Of a stretch of DNA of 64,000 nt, positions 59,671 to 64,000 are shown piece after piece. The translations under genes and the position numbers were made by a program. The stretch's first letter is position 1; every line of letters begins with the position of its first letter. Source of the DNA: the human T2T-CHM13v2.0 reference genome, Homo sapiens; assembly GCF_009914755.1 (NCBI RefSeq), contig NC_060931.1; one strand, given 5' to 3'. The notes beneath the pieces are model-generated. The model was given only the letters and a program-made list of their open reading frames with translations, had not been told where the DNA came from and made no database searches.

Positions 59671-62070
59671 CTGGAAAAGAAGAAAACATAAATAACAAAA
59701 ATCCAGGTCAATCCTAAGAAAAATGTTAAAATGGCATAACATCATAACCTCTGGTATTATAAAAGATTTTAGCCACACTAGAACTCTCCTACGCTTATTT
59801 ATAAAATAGTTTATTTCCTCCAAAGTATTAGTCAAAATAATCTTTTTTCATTTTTAAAAAATCATTTGCTATCTTCAATATGTATAGACTCAGAAAAGCA
59901 CGCAAACTGAAAGGGAATAAAAAATTCTTACTAGTCACATTGCTGTACATCATGCAACCTGATTTTTCTTTTTATTTTCTTTATAACCTCATATTTATTT
60001 ATGTCCTTCAACATTTCTCAAACTGCTTTCCTTGGGACAGATGACATACATTAGGAAAAAGGGTGAGAAAGACGTGCAAGGAAAGGGATCCACGGTCATG
60101 AGGATGGAAAACCCCACACTGCCTACCTGCTCCTAGAAATTCACAAGGCACTTCCACACATTAAAGATTTAATTTCATATTTCCCAAATCCCATCCCCAA
60201 GCTACTTTTCTGCAGAATACACTTGAGAAATACCAGTTTATGAAGTTTTATGTTTCATTTGTTTTCAAAAACTGGAATAGAACACAAATATCAAAGTATG
60301 ACAATCAGGCTTATAACTCTAGATAAGAAATTACAATGGTGCAATCTAGTAGTTCTAACAATTAACCTTCATTTGCTCAGGTAAGAGTGAAATATGTTCC
60401 CTACTGTCCCCCAGGTCTGGGTAGGGGACATAAGGCTATCTTTAGGTTTATTTCATCATGTTCTGCATCTTTACTCTTGAAGTCTTCTTACTCATTTTAG
60501 CTCATGCTGCTTTCTTATTATTCTACCCAAATATCCTTCCTTCTTTTCCTCTACCTTCCTTCTATTTCTCTATCTATAAGTATACCACAGAGAGGTCAGA
60601 GAGGAAACAAAGAACCAGATGGTATAGGCATCAAAGGCCTTGTATTTACTCTTGTGATGTATGAATGAGGAAAAGAGGAAGAGATGCAATGGCCAGCAGG
60701 GATAATCCACGTAGGGAGTATCCAGGAGACAGGTAGGGCTGGGACCCCAGCACAGGTGGCCTGTTTGCCTTGGCAAAAGAGGAGGAAGACTGCATATTTA
60801 GTGGCAAGTACTTTGTGGAGTTTCCATGTTCCCCACAGAGCAGAAGACACAGCCACTCGCTGCTAGAGAGAAACGATGGCAGCATTAAACGTTTGAGGAA
60901 AGACAGAAATGTCTGAAACACCACTCACATTTCAGGAGAGTGGTAACTGGGGAAAACACAGTGCTGCTGGGATATCTTAGGGGAACAACTGAGGCTGCAG
61001 AACACAAATCTATAGGGTCACTAATCATAAGATTGTGTGATTTTTGCCTACCAATTATCAGCCTAGAAAGCACAAATGAAATATAAAGGGGCAAAGAAAC
61101 TGAGGACATTGGCCAGAAAGTGTCTGAAGTGATGGATCACTGAAATGAGAGCATCAGATAGAGGAGCTTAGAAAGCAGTACAGGCTAGGAAGTGGACGCC
61201 AGGGTTCTCTCCTGAAAGGTGTACCACATCTTCAAAAGAGAAGCACACAGGCTAGGCCCAGGCTTCATCACAAGTGATTAGACATTAGAAAGGTTAAGAC
61301 AGAGTTAATGGTTTAGAAAACAAATAAATACACTTTAGTGTTTTGAACTTACTCTAACAAGACAAAAAATATAGTTTATAGGGAAAAAAATGTGATTTTC
61401 TCTTGCTACCCTCTCCCAATCCTATTCACCTAAGAACATTTTAGTATGTGTCTATTCTTCCAAATCTCTCTCTCTAACCGCACAAACATATATTTTCTGT
61501 GTGATCATATTAACATCTAAAATTTGTTCCTTTTCTAATTATTCAGCATAAAGATTATTCCTAATCAATATATGTAAAGTTAAAGGGATTCTTTTTATAG
61601 ATGGCAAATACTGTATAGTACAAATATATTTATTTAGCCCATTCCATATTACTGGGCATATAAATATTTTTCAATTTCTTGCTATAATAAAAAATGGTGA
61701 AAGTAAACATCCTCGTACGTGTAAATGCTGGCGCATTTGTTTCAGGAGGGATCTAACTGTGAGACACATGAGTCAAAGGATGTGAGCTGTGCCCGGAAGC
61801 ACTGCAGCAGTCCACACCCTCGTCACAGAGTATGCAGGAGGTCATTTCTCCACCCCTCGTGCAGCACCTCATGTGTTTTTCAAAATTTTGTCCTTAGGCA
61901 GGTGAAAACCCTTTTCTCACTGCCTACTTGTATGCAGCATCATTTTAGTGTTTTGTTTTGACAACATGTATTTTCTCTTCTGTGAACTGCTTATTCATAT
62001 TCTTGTCTATTTTTCTATTAGACTATTTCCCTACTTAAAAATTAAGGTTATCAAACCTTTGACTGTCAAA

Positions 62071-62785
62071 TGTGAAAATAACATTTAAAAGCTGTCCAAA
62101 AAAACAACCACTTTAAGCCTTCAGAAAGATGTAACTGTGATCTGAGTCACATATGGTTACAACTTCCATTCTCAGATTACAGATTAACTTGCTTTCTTAT
62201 TTTTCTTGTTCAGTACAATGACTACAGAATTAAACACTGTCAGGCACAAAAACTTCCTGCCTTTTTTTTTTCCCAGAGACCGGGTCTCACTTTGTCACCC
62301 AAGCTAGGGTAGAGTGGCACAATCATGGCTCACTGCAGCCTCGAACTCATGGGATTCAGCAATCCTCCTGCCTCAGCCTCCAGAGTAGCTGAAACTACAG
62401 GTGTGAGCCTGCCTTTGTAGTTAATAACCCCTGTTAAAGATTAACTTTCCCTGTGTTGTTTTACTTTGCTTAGATCAGACTATAGAAAACCTGTCATTAT
62501 TATACCCTCTGTTTAAAAAAAAAGTTAAATGTACCCTTCCCCAAAAGAAATACCACCTATAACCAATCAAACTGCTGTGACTATGTGCCAATCCGTATGA
62601 ATAATGTTGTATTCCTGCTAAAAATGTCTCTGTCTCTGCCCATATAAATGAAACCTAAATTTCCCTACTTCCAAAGGCTGACTTCATTCCTTTGGAGTTG
62701 GTGTTCCTGAGTGGTCTACCCTCACACTTTGTGCTTGAATAAACGCTATTTAGATTCTGATCCTTTTGATTATTTTAAGTTAACA
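62071..62785 (+). mobile_element. ERV1 solo LTR (MER34-like) with an Alu-arm insertion (62262-62412, minus), within an old minus-strand L1ME
   Basis: tgtgaaa...ttaaca termini, internal tataaa and aataaa; subfamily uncertain. Confidence 0.6.
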
Positions 62786-63483
62786 CATATGTGTGACAAA
62801 GTATTTTGATATAATTTGTTGTGTATTCTGTCAGAAAGAATTTTTAAACTTTTATGTATTTAAATATGTTGATATTTTCCTTTATTTCTTCTGCACTTTC
62901 TGTCTTGTCTCTGAAGGTCTTCCACACCTCAAAACTATAGTCTCCTAAAATTTCTTCTAATATTATTAACTGCATTTTCCACTTAGCTCTTCCACCCTAA
63001 TTTTGTTCTCTTTGAAATACCCAATTATATTAAAATCATTTATCACGTAAACATCCCTTTTACCAGTGAAATGAAATTCAGCCTTTGTCTTATATTAATT
63101 CCTTACAATGATAGACTCTGTTCTATTTCATTCAACTGACTGAATTCTGTATTTTTTTGTATCACACTATTTTTATTACTGTAGCATTATGGTAATTTTA
63201 ACACATGATTTTAAAAAGCTCCCCACCCCCAACTACTCTTATTTTTAAGATTTTTTAGGTAATTCCTACCAACTTATTCTTACATATAACATCTGAACCA
63301 GTCTCCCAACCCTGCTCCCCAACCCAAGAAAAAATTGTCAGGCTTCTGATCAGAATGACATTAAATTTATATATAATTTGGGTTGGGAAGGGCTGTCATT
63401 TATATGATGGTCATTCAGTTGCACAGTATATTTCTTTCCATTTACTCAATTCTAATTGTATTCCTTTAAATAAAAATTTTTGG

Positions 63484-63780
63484 GGCCAGCCACGGTGGCT
63501 CATGCCTGTACTGTAATCTCAGCACTTTGGGAGGCCAAGTCGGGTGGATCACTTGAGGCCAGGAGTTCGAGACCAGCCTGCCCAACATGATGAAACACTG
63601 TCTCTACAAAAAAAAAAAAAAATTAGCCATGTGGTGGCGCATGACTGTAGTCCTAGCTACTCAGGAGGCTGAGAGTCAAGAATCGTTTGAACCAGGAAGG
63701 CGGAGGCTACAATAAGCTGAGATTGCGCCACGGCACTCCAGCCCGGGTGACAGAGTGAAACTGTCTCAAAAAATAATAAA
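63484..63780 (+). mobile_element. AluS
   Basis: Alu consensus. Confidence 0.88.
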
Positions 63781-64000
63781 TTTTTTTTTTGGACAACCAA
63801 TGTAAGAGTCAAGTACCAAGTTAAACTTCTAGAAATACAAAGAGAACATGATAAAATCTGATCACAGTGGAAAATTTTAATTCTTTCATAATCTGACAGG
63901 TCAAGTAAGCTAAAGGAAACATATTAGGGATCTGAAGGAGATAATCAACAAGCTCAATATTGTGACTATACAGAGATTACACATCATTTTCTTATGTCAC

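Overview
This is primate, almost certainly human, genomic DNA: it is Alu/L1-rich and contains a canonical AluYa5. There is no intact protein-coding gene, and nearly all ORFs in the supplied track are Alu, L1 or Tigger artefacts. The right two-thirds (~22.4-64 kb) carries seven small minus-strand exons with canonical GT-AG sites. They encode the central transmembrane region of a DPY19L1-type tryptophan C-mannosyltransferase. One exon is 79 nt instead of the 87 nt expected from the parent, causing a frameshift and a stop in the next exon. Several conserved residues are substituted, and the expected downstream exons are absent from the left 22 kb. This points to a duplicated, unprocessed pseudogene, most likely DPY19L1P1 on 7p14, with a probable duplication edge near 22.4 kb. 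One intron hides a very old, degenerate nucleolin (NCL) retrocopy on the + strand, including 5'UTR-like sequence and interrupted by an MLT1D LTR. Other notable elements are a near-full-length Tigger1, a MER44>L1PA>AluYa5 nest, adjacent LTR6 and MER11 solo LTRs, a young 29-bp VNTR, several local tandem duplications and a closely spaced inverted Alu pair. I found no evidence for a novel biological system. Family and gene assignments rely on recalled consensus and parent sequences and need alignment to confirm.
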